Translations under genes and position numbers: made by a program
Origin: Acidobacteriota bacterium
GTDB lineage: Bacteria > Acidobacteriota > Vicinamibacteria > Vicinamibacterales > JAMQPK01
Reading direction: 5' to 3'
Length of the DNA stretch: 60,490 nucleotides
Assembly (NCBI GenBank): GCA_031395755.1
Contig: JANNJO010000428.1
Location: 1-60,490, forward strand
The notes under the pieces: model-generated
Databases searched by the model: none
Told to the model about the DNA's origin: nothing
What the model saw: only the letters and a program-made list of their open reading frames with translations
Part shown: one piece after another, positions 35,460 through 44,221 of the stretch
Numbering within the stretch: the first letter of the stretch is position 1
How the letters are laid out: each line of letters starts with the position of its first letter

Positions 35460-36281
35460 TCAGTGCGTCATCGCATACAGCAGCACGTCGATCCCGATGG
35501 CGTAGCCGTTGATCGAGAACGTGCGGAAATAGCTCGGGTCGTCTGACTCGCGCTCGTAGGCGTCGCCGAAGTCGGTGTTGTGCGTCATGAGCACCATCAC
35601 GCGGCCGTGGCGATCGGGGATGCCGCGCACGTGCAGCTCGTCGCTGTCGGCGCCGCGCTCGGAGGTGCGTCGCTCATACCTCCAAAGTCCGACGTTCGGA
35701 ATCTGCGGCAGCGTCTCGACAGGGAAGAGCATGCGGAACATCGTATGGCCGACGGCGAGATCGACAATTGGATATTCCGACAGCGACAAAGCCTTGCCGA
35801 TTTGATTCTCCCAGTTCCGCCAGGCCACGCTCCCCCAGAAATCGTCGACCCACAGGAAGCCGCCCTTGAGTAAATACGCGCGCAGGTTCGCCGCTTCTTC
35901 ATTGCTGAAGAATGACCCGCCAGGCTCGCTCATCATGATGAACGGACAACGGAAGAGCGACGGATCGGTCAGCCGCACGATCACCGGATAGGGATGGCCT
36001 TCCCCGTCCTGCGTCACCGGGGCCCTGGTCAGCTCCATCAACCGTATGGACAGATTCTCGTCGGCGCGCGGGTAGTCGACGTACCAGCCGTCGCCATCGC
36101 CCGCTGATCCGTTGCGAAACCAGACCCGGCAGAATCGGAACCCGCCATCGTAATCAGGGAGAGCGCCGGACGGATCGGACGCGAGTGGGGCGCGGCGAGA
36201 CAGTCCACGTGGAAATTGCATCTGCGCGGCGCTATCGGCCGCGAGCAGGAGGGGCACAAGGAGCAGAGCCACAGCTCGCAT
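35460..36281 (-). CDS. DUF4159-like secreted protein
   Basis: 273 aa with a signal peptide. The pattern DYPRADENL...FIMMSEPG...LRAYLLKGGFLWVDDFWG matches my recollection of DUF4159. Confidence 0.6.
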   Translation of the reverse strand: MRAVALLLVPLLLAADSAAQMQFPRGLSRRAPLASDPSGALPDYDGGFRFCRVWFRNGSAGDGDGWYVDYPRADENLSIRLMELTRAPVTQDGEGHPYPVIVRLTDPSLFRCPFIMMSEPGGSFFSNEEAANLRAYLLKGGFLWVDDFWGSVAWRNWENQIGKALSLSEYPIVDLAVGHTMFRMLFPVETLPQIPNVGLWRYERRTSERGADSDELHVRGIPDRHGRVMVLMTHNTDFGDAYERESDDPSYFRTFSINGYAIGIDVLLYAMTH

Positions 36282-36321
36282 ATAACGTCCGGCGAATGCC
36301 GGGTACTATATTGATTGTTTC

Positions 36322-36858
36322 ATGGAATTCATCCGCCATCCCAGGGCCCGGCGTTATCTGATCCGAGTGAGACCCGACGGCTCTGTCAGGGTCACCGTGC
36401 CTCGCTGGGGCTTGCGGCGCCGCGCCGAGCTGTTTGCCGAGCAGCAGCGACCCTGGATTGACCGGCAGAAGGCCCGTGCCGAAGTCGGCCGGGCGACCGG
36501 CGTGGTCCATACGCCGGAAGCGATCTGCGAACTGCGGCGTCGTGCCGTGCTCGAGCTGCCCGTTCAGCTGCGTCTTCTCGCCGAGCGTCATGGCTTGGCT
36601 GTCTCGCGGGTGAGCGTTCGCAACCAGCGGTCGCGCTGGGGATCGTGTTCACCCACGGGCCACATCTGCCTGAACTGGCGCCTGGTCCTGATGCCGGACG
36701 CCGTCCGCGACTATGTCCTGATCCACGAACTGATGCACCTTCGCCGGCTCGATCATTCCCGGCAGTTCTGGCGGCTCGTCGCGCATGCCTGCCCCGGCTA
36801 CGAGAGCGCGCGCCGCTGGTTGCGCGAGAACCGACGAACATTGGAGATTGGCGGATAG
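36322..36858 (+). CDS. M48/YgjP-like (DUF45) zinc metallopeptidase
   Basis: 178 aa. Contains RWGSCS followed by the HELMH zinc motif. Confidence 0.8.
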   Translation: MEFIRHPRARRYLIRVRPDGSVRVTVPRWGLRRRAELFAEQQRPWIDRQKARAEVGRATGVVHTPEAICELRRRAVLELPVQLRLLAERHGLAVSRVSVRNQRSRWGSCSPTGHICLNWRLVLMPDAVRDYVLIHELMHLRRLDHSRQFWRLVAHACPGYESARRWLRENRRTLEIGG

Positions 36859-36871
36859 GTCATCAGGATCG

Positions 36872-37867
36872 TCACTCGATCCAGCCGACCAGCGGCCGAT
36901 GATCTGATCCGTAGCGCTGACTGAGCTGCCGGTAATGCGCGCGCCGATGCTCCCCCGCGCGGAAGAACAGATAGTCGAGCACGCGAAGCCCCAGGCCGTG
37001 GCGCTCGAGCGAAACCGGAGTCGCGCGCGGGAGCTTCGCCAGGAAGTGCACTGCGCGCTCGTCGATCCCGTGCCACGTGTTGAGATCGGCGCCAAGCACG
37101 AGCGGCCCATCCCCCAGGAGCGCTGCGAGCGCTCTCACCTGCACGTCCCGCATCCAGGGCGTCCAGAATCCCCACAACCTCCTTGCGCTTCCGAGCGCGT
37201 CGAGATGAATCACGCCGACCGACACAGCGGCGAGCTTCGCGAAAATCACGACGCGGCGCTGGCGCTCGCCAGGCAGCTCCACCGCGACGGGCTCGCTGAG
37301 CGGGAACGTGGAGAGGATGGCGCTCCCGCGATCGGCGGCAGGATCCGTAGAAGATTTGCCGTTGCGCATTGACGGCACGTAGATCAGCGAGAGGCCGAGC
37401 TCCTGACTGACATGGACGATGTCGGTGCGGCGGTCGAGGTGTGCGGGAATATGGGCGGCGCCTCTTGCGCCGGCGGCGAACGGTGGGACGCCTTCGGTTC
37501 GCACGGTCTCCTGCAGCATCAGGATGAAATGCTCGACCTTGCGGTTGCCGGTGTGCAAGCCGGCGCGCAGGTCCCTGACGAACGCCCCGATGTCACCGTT
37601 GCCGACGTGCACGTTCCAGCTGACGAACGTAATGTCGTCCAGCGCTGGTGCTTGAGCGCCGGCAGGAGCCGGCTGAATCACGGCTCCTCCGACGCCGTCA
37701 CACCATGACGCGAGCCGCTTGCGCTCTCCGGCATCGGCAGGGGAGATCCAGCGCAGCGATGACGAGCGGCACGAGCCTGCAGCTGTCGCATCCATGACCA
37801 GCGGCGACCACCGTACGCAGCCGGTCAACGCGAACGCGACGAGCACACACAGAAGCAGACGGTGCAT
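36872..37867 (-). CDS. endonuclease/exonuclease/phosphatase (EEP) family lipoprotein
   Basis: Lipobox LTGC, SWNVH near the N-terminus of the domain, and SDHRPL at the C-terminus. Confidence 0.75.
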   Translation of the reverse strand: MHRLLLCVLVAFALTGCVRWSPLVMDATAAGSCRSSSLRWISPADAGERKRLASWCDGVGGAVIQPAPAGAQAPALDDITFVSWNVHVGNGDIGAFVRDLRAGLHTGNRKVEHFILMLQETVRTEGVPPFAAGARGAAHIPAHLDRRTDIVHVSQELGLSLIYVPSMRNGKSSTDPAADRGSAILSTFPLSEPVAVELPGERQRRVVIFAKLAAVSVGVIHLDALGSARRLWGFWTPWMRDVQVRALAALLGDGPLVLGADLNTWHGIDERAVHFLAKLPRATPVSLERHGLGLRVLDYLFFRAGEHRRAHYRQLSQRYGSDHRPLVGWIE

Positions 37868-37894
37868 GGAATCTCAGTATAATTACCGTTCCTG

Positions 37895-37983
37895 GCCGGA
37901 GTGGTGAAACTGGCAGACGCGCGGGACTCAAAATCCCGTGGGGTTCACTCCCCGTGAGGGTTCGATTCCCTCCTCCGGCACCA
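37895..37983 (+). tRNA. tRNA-Leu (anticodon CAA), CCA encoded
   Basis: Acceptor stem GCCGGAG/CTCCGGC, anticodon stem CGGGA/TCCCG with loop CTCAAAA, long variable arm (class II), T-arm GGTTCGATTCC, discriminator A plus CCA. TATAAT lies at 37878-37883, 11 nt upstream. Confidence 0.9.
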
Positions 37984-38026
37984 TTCCACGCTTCAATCCG
38001 AAGATTTTCCGGCTACGAGCTTTCAG

Positions 38027-40051
38027 CTAGCGAGCCGAGATATATGGCCGGCGCGCTGTGAATAGTGCCTGGTGCGAGCGGATCATCAAGGCGAGCTGAG
38101 CGGGCGGACTGAGGGCGAGCGCTTCGTCGACGACCGTCAGCGCGCGCTCGAAATCGCCGCCCGCGGCATAAGCGATCGCCAGCACGTCGAGCGTGTTGGC
38201 GTCTCGGCGTGACGTCAGCCTGGCGGCATGCTCGGCCAGGCGTACCGCCTCGGCGGGATTTCGGACCGCGGCTTCAGGGGCCGCCGCCAGAACGGACGCC
38301 AGGCTCGCCACGGCCGTCACCCAATCCGGGTTCAGCTGCACGGCCTGTCGAAACCGCGCCACCGCCTCGGAAAAATCTCCTGCAGCACGAGAGAGCAGGC
38401 CGGCGTTGAGGTGTGCCTCGCCAAGGCGCGGGTCGATGTGCGCTGCCTCGCGGAACGAAGCAAGCGCCTGCTGGGGACGGCCGAGCTGCAGCAGCGCGGT
38501 TCCGAGATTGTTGTGGGCAACCGCGTAGCTCGGCCGGAGTTCGAGCGCGCGCTGATACGCCGCAACCGCCAGGTCCAGCCGTCCAGAGGCGGCGAGCGCA
38601 GTGCCGACATTGAAGTGGGCGGACGGAGAGTCCGGCTTCAGCTTCAGCGCGGCCTCGAAGTGGACCGTCGCTTCGGCCGGCCTGTGTAATTCCATGTAGA
38701 GGACCGCCGCGTCCTCACGGAGCGCGGCGCGATCGGGCTCCCGCTGGATCAGCGTCTCGAGTCCGATCACGTCGGTCGCCATCCATTTTTCGCGGAACGT
38801 GCGGTCCAGCAGCGCTCGATCGCGCGGGTCTTTCGCCATCACCTGAAGCCAGAAATCAGCCATTTCCTCTCTGGATTGCTGACCCCACGGCACGCGCACC
38901 GGGGGCACAGCCGGATTGCGCGGGTTCTCCGGGGAGTTGTCGTAGCGATACCGCATGCTCACCGTCGTGCCTCTCGGCAGCGATACCGGCGTCTCGTATC
39001 GATAGATGTGCTGCCAGCGGAGGTCCCAGTCAGGAATGGAGATCAGCGTCCGGCTCGTGCCGTCCGGCAAGGTCGCGATGCCGGTCACCTCGCGCGCCAG
39101 GTAATGCGCGTGCGGCTGCACGGCGAGCACCTCGACGTCGGTCGGCAGGACGAATGCGTCCATGACGGTGTAATGGCCATCGCCCGCCGGGATGTCGATA
39201 CGCTGATTCGACAGGCGCAGCATGACCGGCGCCTGGTCCGGCGGATCCTCGGTGAAATACAACCCGATCGACGGTTGAATGAACTCGGGCTTGCCGCCCG
39301 GCACGAGGTGAAGTTGAACGACCAGGTCGCTGTTCGGGGCAAGGTTCCAGGCGAGCCCCTTTGGCAGCAGAGGAGCGGCCTGCCCAGGCGTCCATCCGAG
39401 AAAGTGCCCATCGGGGTACACCGCCGATCGCAGGACGATGCCGTCGTAGCCCGGCGAGGGGTCCTGCTCGTCCAGCTGCCGCGACGCCGGCGTCGAATCG
39501 ACGCGGATGTTCGCGTGATGGATACGCGGATTGCCCGCGCGAAATTCTATGCCGCGCACGTAACGGAGTCGAGCCACCGGCAGGGGGAGCACAAAGACGC
39601 GAGAGGTATCTGAACCGTCAGCTGCCAGCAGGTACGGCTTCGGCAGCGTGACGACGACATCAGGGGTGCCGAGCTGCCAGCCGCCGGTCCATCGCGGGGT
39701 GGCCGGCAAGTCGCGGCGATTCCCTTCCCGCGCGCCTTGAGCGACCCAGCGCTGAAAAGTCTCAATTTCAGCGTTGCTCAGCAGATCCAAGCCGATGAAC
39801 TTCTCGTGGTCAGGAGCCACTTTCCATGGCGGCATCACCCGGGTCTTCGTGAGCAGCGCCATCTGCGTGGCGTGCGGTCGCGCCATCTGGTAGGTGAGGA
39901 GGCTAAAGGGGGCCGACCCGCCAGGATGGTGGCACTGGGCGCACCTGGTGAAGACGATCGGGGCAATGTCCTTTGCGAAGGTCACCTGGCCAAAAGCGGG
40001 TTCTCCCAGAAAGACGATCGCGGAGAAGACGACGGCTACTTGCTTGTACAT
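38027..40051 (-). CDS. secreted multidomain protein: CxxCH cytochrome-c-like module + monooxygenase-like beta-sandwich + C-terminal TPR repeats
   Basis: ORF 38027-40135. ATG 40051 gives a signal peptide (MYKQVAVVFSAIVFLGEPAFG). Contains CAQCHH, VQPHAHYLAREV (HxH) and at least 6 TPR-like repeats at the C-terminus. Confidence 0.75.
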   Translation of the reverse strand: MYKQVAVVFSAIVFLGEPAFGQVTFAKDIAPIVFTRCAQCHHPGGSAPFSLLTYQMARPHATQMALLTKTRVMPPWKVAPDHEKFIGLDLLSNAEIETFQRWVAQGAREGNRRDLPATPRWTGGWQLGTPDVVVTLPKPYLLAADGSDTSRVFVLPLPVARLRYVRGIEFRAGNPRIHHANIRVDSTPASRQLDEQDPSPGYDGIVLRSAVYPDGHFLGWTPGQAAPLLPKGLAWNLAPNSDLVVQLHLVPGGKPEFIQPSIGLYFTEDPPDQAPVMLRLSNQRIDIPAGDGHYTVMDAFVLPTDVEVLAVQPHAHYLAREVTGIATLPDGTSRTLISIPDWDLRWQHIYRYETPVSLPRGTTVSMRYRYDNSPENPRNPAVPPVRVPWGQQSREEMADFWLQVMAKDPRDRALLDRTFREKWMATDVIGLETLIQREPDRAALREDAAVLYMELHRPAEATVHFEAALKLKPDSPSAHFNVGTALAASGRLDLAVAAYQRALELRPSYAVAHNNLGTALLQLGRPQQALASFREAAHIDPRLGEAHLNAGLLSRAAGDFSEAVARFRQAVQLNPDWVTAVASLASVLAAAPEAAVRNPAEAVRLAEHAARLTSRRDANTLDVLAIAYAAGGDFERALTVVDEALALSPPAQLALMIRSHQALFTARRPYISAR

Positions 40052-40141
40052 CAAAGCCTTACAGCTAAAATTACCGCACGAGTGCAGCCCTGCGCAATAG
40101 CGAATAAAGAGCGAAAATATGCGTTTTTTTGGCACATTCCG

Positions 40142-40171
40142 TTGCCTTACGGGCCATTTCCGCAGTATACT
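40142..40171 (+). promoter_or_regulatory. candidate sigma-70-type promoter of carD
   Basis: TTGCCT (40142-40147), an 18-nt spacer, then TATACT (40166-40171). It lies about 60 nt upstream of GTG 40234. Confidence 0.35.
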
Positions 40172-40233
40172 GGCAGGACGTACTGCGACAGTCTCGCGCC
40201 TTCATCTAAGCACCTCATGACGGGGGAACCACT

Positions 40234-40812
40234 GTGACATTCGAGGTTGGAGACAAGGTCATTTACCCCAACCAGGGGCTCGGCGTCGTCACTCGTATCG
40301 AAGAGAAGACCATCCTCGGTACTACCTGCGGCTTCTACCATCTTCGCATCGTCGCCAACGAAACGACTGTGCTCGTGCCGCTCGACAACGTCGACGGCGT
40401 CGGGCTGCGTCGCGCGATCGGCGATGCCGAGGTCGAGCGGCTGTTCGGCGCGCTCGGTAACGGGAAGATCGACAATCACCAGAACTGGAAGGGTCGATTC
40501 AAGGACAATTCGGACAAGATGCGGACCGGCTCTATTTATGATGTGGCGGATGTGCTGAAGAGCCTGACGCTGCTCAGCCGATCCAAGAGCCTGTCGTTCC
40601 GCGAGAAGCGCATGCTCGATCGGGCGAAGTTCCTCATCGTCTCGGAGATTTCCGAGGTCATGCGCGAGACGTCGGAATCGATCGAAGGCCGCGTCGAGAA
40701 AGCGCTCGAGCGGAGCTTCACGACGCGCACGCGCGCCATCGCGCGCGCGAAAGCCGCCAAGGCGACTCCAGCGCCGCGTACGCCGGCACGCAGGGCCGCG
40801 CGCGCCTCGTAA
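40234..40812 (+). CDS. carD: CarD/CdnL-family RNA-polymerase-binding transcription factor
   Basis: 192 aa. The N-terminal Tudor-like FEVGDKVIYPNQGLGVV and the following region are typical of CarD. Confidence 0.9.
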   Translation: MTFEVGDKVIYPNQGLGVVTRIEEKTILGTTCGFYHLRIVANETTVLVPLDNVDGVGLRRAIGDAEVERLFGALGNGKIDNHQNWKGRFKDNSDKMRTGSIYDVADVLKSLTLLSRSKSLSFREKRMLDRAKFLIVSEISEVMRETSESIEGRVEKALERSFTTRTRAIARAKAAKATPAPRTPARRAARAS

Positions 40813-40847
40813 GTGATGTCCGGCGTGAGCCCGAAGTGAATGCAAAG

Positions 40848-40878
40848 GGGCGGTGATTTCCGGATCACCGCCCTTTTT
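40848..40878 (+). terminator. rho-independent terminator after carD
   Basis: GGGCGGTGAT (40848-40857) pairs with ATCACCGCCC (40864-40873) around a 6-nt loop, followed by TTTTT (40874-40878). Confidence 0.8.
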
Positions 40879-40900
40879 GCTGTACGCTCTCGACGCTCCC

Positions 40901-41665
40901 ATGTCGTCCACGGTCGCCGCCATCCGCTCCGTCGCTGCCTACGTGGCGGTCTCCCTTTACGTCGCCATCGCAGCGCCGATCGGCATCGCGCTCGCGCTTG
41001 CTTTTCGCTGGAAGAACCTGCTGTACGTCCTGGGACATTGGGGGGTTGCCCTCGGCACCTCCCTCGCCGGCATCCGCGCCTGCGTTGCGGGCCGTGAGCA
41101 CCTTCCAGCCGGACAGGCGGTGGTCTTCTGCTCCAACCATCAAAGCAACGTCGATCCGCCGATCCTGTTCCAAATATTGCACCCGCGGCTGCATGTGCTG
41201 TTCAAGCGCGAGCTGACGAAGCTGCCGCTTCTCGGCAAGGTGTTTCTACTCGGCGGCTTCGTGCCGATCGATCGGAGCAGCCGCGAGCACTCGATGGCCG
41301 CGATCGATCAGGCCGCCCAATCGCTGCGAGATGGAAACTCGTTCCTCACATTTCCCGAGGGCACACGCAGCCGAACGGGCGCCATGCTGCCGTTCAAGCG
41401 CGGCCCATTTCTGATGGCACTCAAAGCCCAGGTGCCGGTCGTGCCGGTCGCGATTCAGGGGGGGGCCGCATCGATGAGAAAGGGGAGCTGGATTGTGAGG
41501 CCGACGAACGTCAGTGTTCGGATTGGCGCGCCCGTCGAGACTCGCGGTATGGAGATGTCAGATCGGGAGAGGCTCGCCGACCTGGTGCGAACCCGGGTGG
41601 AGGAGTTGCTGGCGCAAGGACCGGTCACTTCGCGCCGAAGGCGAACGTCAGCACCCACGGCTTGA
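40901..41665 (+). CDS. plsC: 1-acyl-sn-glycerol-3-phosphate acyltransferase
   Basis: From ATG 40901, downstream of the terminator. HX4D motif NHQSNVD and the FPEGTRS motif. Confidence 0.85.
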   Translation: MSSTVAAIRSVAAYVAVSLYVAIAAPIGIALALAFRWKNLLYVLGHWGVALGTSLAGIRACVAGREHLPAGQAVVFCSNHQSNVDPPILFQILHPRLHVLFKRELTKLPLLGKVFLLGGFVPIDRSSREHSMAAIDQAAQSLRDGNSFLTFPEGTRSRTGAMLPFKRGPFLMALKAQVPVVPVAIQGGAASMRKGSWIVRPTNVSVRIGAPVETRGMEMSDRERLADLVRTRVEELLAQGPVTSRRRRTSAPTA

Positions 41666-42788
41666 GCTTCGCGCCGTCGGTGGCGGCGATTCCGTCGAGT
41701 AATTCAACCAGGACGTCGCGGTACGGGGCCGACGCGTCGATGTCGAGAGAAATTTCGAGCGCGCGTCTCGCTCGGTCGTACTTGAATGCAGGAGTCCTGG
41801 GAGCTTCGCGCGGAGTGGTGGCGCCCACGTTCACCGCGTCGGAGGCCGCGAAGCTCCAGCGGACGCGCCCCGTGAACGTGTCCGGATTCATGTCGCGCGA
41901 GAACTGCACGCGGATCGGCGCCTTCAGCGGCACGTCGAGTTCGCCGTCGCCCGGGTCGCTGAAAATCACGTCGGGGGGTGGGCCCATCTGCGGAATCGGC
42001 GGCGTCTCCGCGTTTTTCATCTCGAGCGTCGCCTTGGTCAGCGCGAGCTGCTGCGCTTCGATCCAGACGAGCCCCTTGCCCTCTTTGACAATGCCCGTGG
42101 CTTCGAGCCAGCTGCCCGTGTCCACGCGGGCACCTGGGTTGAGGTTGAAGCCTTTTCCGCGCGGGCGAAGGCCAGTGACCCAGACCGCCGAATCGGCAGC
42201 CCGGAGAACGAAGTCCCACTGGCTGAGGCCCGGCCCCTGCGGCAAATCGCCGTACAGGTTCTTGCCACGAAATTGCCCCGTGATTGTCACGCGCTTGCCG
42301 GCGTAGCTGGCCGGATCGAGCGCAATCTGTCGGAGCGATGGCTCCCCCTCCAACGGCTTGACCGACATCGCGTCGGTGACCGCAAGCGCGACGACTTCAC
42401 CCGGTCGTGGCCAGTTGGTCGCCTGCAGCCCGTTCGGGATCAGTCGGTCGAGGCCGAGCGTCACGATCCGCGGATCCTCACGCTGCATCCGTCCCACGTC
42501 CCAGAAGCTGGCGCGCAGTTCGACCGGCCCGTCTATGGGGGAGGGCCCGCTGAAAATCAACGGAATCGATCGGTCAATCGTGGCGGAGAGCAGCACGGGC
42601 TGATCGCGTGTGGCCAGCGTGCCCCGTACGACGACCGGCTGGCCCAGGTAAAAGCCGGCGAACGCGATGAGCGCCCCCGCCGTCGTCCCCCGGCGCTGCG
42701 CCGGCTGGGCATGGGGGTTCCCGGCGTTCCAGATGAAGAGCGCGGCAACCGCCATCCAGAAGGCAGTCCGCAGGCGTGCGTGCAGCAT
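41625..42788 (-). CDS. secreted hypothetical protein with a C-terminal Ig-like (Big_5/SbsA-like) domain
   Basis: 387 aa with an N-terminal signal/TM. C-terminal DGELDVPLKAPIRVQFSRDMNPDTF pattern. Its 3' end overlaps plsC by 41 nt (convergent). Confidence 0.55.
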   Translation of the reverse strand: MLHARLRTAFWMAVAALFIWNAGNPHAQPAQRRGTTAGALIAFAGFYLGQPVVVRGTLATRDQPVLLSATIDRSIPLIFSGPSPIDGPVELRASFWDVGRMQREDPRIVTLGLDRLIPNGLQATNWPRPGEVVALAVTDAMSVKPLEGEPSLRQIALDPASYAGKRVTITGQFRGKNLYGDLPQGPGLSQWDFVLRAADSAVWVTGLRPRGKGFNLNPGARVDTGSWLEATGIVKEGKGLVWIEAQQLALTKATLEMKNAETPPIPQMGPPPDVIFSDPGDGELDVPLKAPIRVQFSRDMNPDTFTGRVRWSFAASDAVNVGATTPREAPRTPAFKYDRARRALEISLDIDASAPYRDVLVELLDGIAATDGAKLKPWVLTFAFGAK

Positions 42789-42853
42789 GATGGGCTGTCG
42801 GTCTCGACTGTTTCGATTGTACCTGTTCCGACTGGAACCGCTATAAAATCCTT

Positions 42854-43516
42854 GTGAAATTGGCGATCAAACGCAAACAACTCAGCGACCAGGTCTCCGA
42901 GCTCACGACCAATCGCCTCTCGGTGTACCTCCGATGCCTCAACTCTCTGGATGCGGCAGGAGTGAAGACCGTGTCGTCGCAGTCGCTGGCGCACCAGTTC
43001 CACCTGAACGCGGCGCAGATTCGGAAGGACCTGGCGAATTTCGGCGAGTTCGGCGTCCGCGGGGTCGGCTACTACGTCAAGGATCTGCAGCAGCATCTTC
43101 GGCAGATCCTGGGACTCGAGCGACGGCTGAAGGTCGCGATACTCGGCGCGGGGAACCTCGGCCTCGCCCTCGCGGACTATCCGGGCTTCCGTCAGGAAGG
43201 ATTCCAGATGGTCGCGTTATTCGACGCGCTCTCGTCGAAGGTCGGGCAGCGTTCGCGGGCGGGCGTGCCGATCTTCGACATCAAGGATCTCCGGAAGATC
43301 GCGGCGCGCGAGAAAATCGCCATCGCCGTCATTGCTGTCCCCGCCGACTCGGCCCAGCACGTCGTCAATCAGGTGGTCGCCGCCGGCATCAAAGCGATCC
43401 TGAACTTTTCACCAGGAACGCTGCGAGCCCCCGACGATGTGAAATTGAAGAGCGTCGATCTGACCGTCTCGCTCGAAAGCTTGTCGTTCTACCTTGCGCA
43501 GGAAGAGGAAGAGTAG
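42854..43516 (+). CDS. rex: redox-sensing transcriptional repressor Rex
   Basis: 220 aa. Winged-helix N-terminus (RLSVYLRCL...SSQSLA) and a Rossmann NADH-binding motif (VAILGAGNLG). Confidence 0.9.
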   Translation: MKLAIKRKQLSDQVSELTTNRLSVYLRCLNSLDAAGVKTVSSQSLAHQFHLNAAQIRKDLANFGEFGVRGVGYYVKDLQQHLRQILGLERRLKVAILGAGNLGLALADYPGFRQEGFQMVALFDALSSKVGQRSRAGVPIFDIKDLRKIAAREKIAIAVIAVPADSAQHVVNQVVAAGIKAILNFSPGTLRAPDDVKLKSVDLTVSLESLSFYLAQEEEE

Positions 43517-43555
43517 GGATTAGGGATTGGGGATTAGGGATTAGGGATTAGATTA
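43514..43555 (+). repeat. TAGGGAT heptamer array (family 3, telomere-like, G-tract rich), locus F left arm
   Basis: TAGGGAT TAGGGAT TGGGGAT TAGGGAT TAGGGAT TAGATTA. It begins with the rex TAG stop and ends at the ATG of ORF 43555. Confidence 0.9.
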
Positions 43556-44136
43556 TGGCGGTACAAAGACGTGAGGCGCGACGACTGCCACGGCGACGCA
43601 GAACTAATCCCAAACCCCCGAGCCCTGATCCCCGGCAACTGTCACACGTCGACACGTCCGGGCGTGTCCGCATGGTGGACGTCGGGGACAAGGCGGAGAC
43701 GGCGCGCGAAGCGGTCGCTCGAGGCCGCATCAGCGTCGGCGCGGCAGCGTTGCGCGCGATTCGTGCCGGTAAGGTGAAGAAAGGGGACCCGCTCCAAACC
43801 GCCAGGCTTGCGGGCATCGTCGCGGCCAAGCGCACGTCCGACTTGATCCCTCTCTGCCATCCGCTGCCGATTTCGCACGTCGACGTCGAAATCACCCGTG
43901 TGAAGAACGGCTACACGATTGAATCCCGGGTGCGGACGACCGCGAGAACCGGCGTCGAGATGGAAGCGCTCACGGCGGTGGCCATCGCAGCGCTCACGAT
44001 CTACGACATGCTGAAAGCGATCGACAAGACAATGGTCATCGGGGAGATCTGCGTGCTCGAGAAACGGGGAGGACGCTCGGGGGAGTACCTTCGGAGTCGG
44101 CAGTCGGCAGTCGTAAGGCGTAAGGCCAGGAAGTGA
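43555..44136 (+). CDS. moaC: cyclic pyranopterin monophosphate synthase MoaC
   Basis: Conserved core from LSHVDTSGRVRMVDVGDK to EKRGGRSGEY. The first ~28 aa (from ATG 43555) and the last 15 aa are encoded by repeat elements. Alternative in-frame starts are CTG 43639 and ATG 43672. Confidence 0.85.
   Translation: MAVQRREARRLPRRRRTNPKPPSPDPRQLSHVDTSGRVRMVDVGDKAETAREAVARGRISVGAAALRAIRAGKVKKGDPLQTARLAGIVAAKRTSDLIPLCHPLPISHVDVEITRVKNGYTIESRVRTTARTGVEMEALTAVAIAALTIYDMLKAIDKTMVIGEICVLEKRGGRSGEYLRSRQSAVVRRKARK
43604..43633 (+). repeat. C-tract partner arm of locus F
   Basis: CTAATCCCAAACCCCCGAGCCCTGATCCCC. Its first 8 nt are the perfect complement of 43544-43551, and further C-tracts face the G-tracts. 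Confidence 0.75.
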
Positions 44137-44221
44137 GTACCGACGGAGACTCTCGACTGCTGACTGGGACTACTGACTGCTGACTGAGACTGACGACTAA
44201 CGACTGCTGACTGACGACTCC
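44093..44221. repeat. family-1 heptamer-word element with 22-bp terminal inverted repeats (MITE-like), locus D
   Basis: GGAGTCGGCAGTCGGCAGTCGT (44093-44114) matches the reverse complement of 44200-44221 (GGAGTCGTCAGTCAGCAGTCGT) at 20/22. The 24-nt block 44148-44171 is identical to 15616-15639. Confidence 0.85.

Noticed and set aside
40130-40146. TGGCAC-ATTCCG-TTGC upstream of carD as a possible sigma-54 promoter.
   Set aside because: The spacing is GG-N11-GC, one base too long for the strictly spaced -24/-12 elements. A plausible sigma-70-type -35/-10 pair lies just downstream.
42851-42870. A TTGTGAA half-site overlapping the rex start codon, as a possible Rex operator.
   Set aside because: Only one half-site matches the TTGTGAA-N4-TTCACAA consensus. 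The second half (GATCAAA, 6-nt spacer) is poor, so the evidence is insufficient.
43514-43555. The TTAGGGA-type repeat as a chromosome or linear-replicon telomere.
   Set aside because: It lies internally, between two intact housekeeping genes (rex and moaC). It has only five units and a complementary arm nearby, so it is a local element rather than a terminus.
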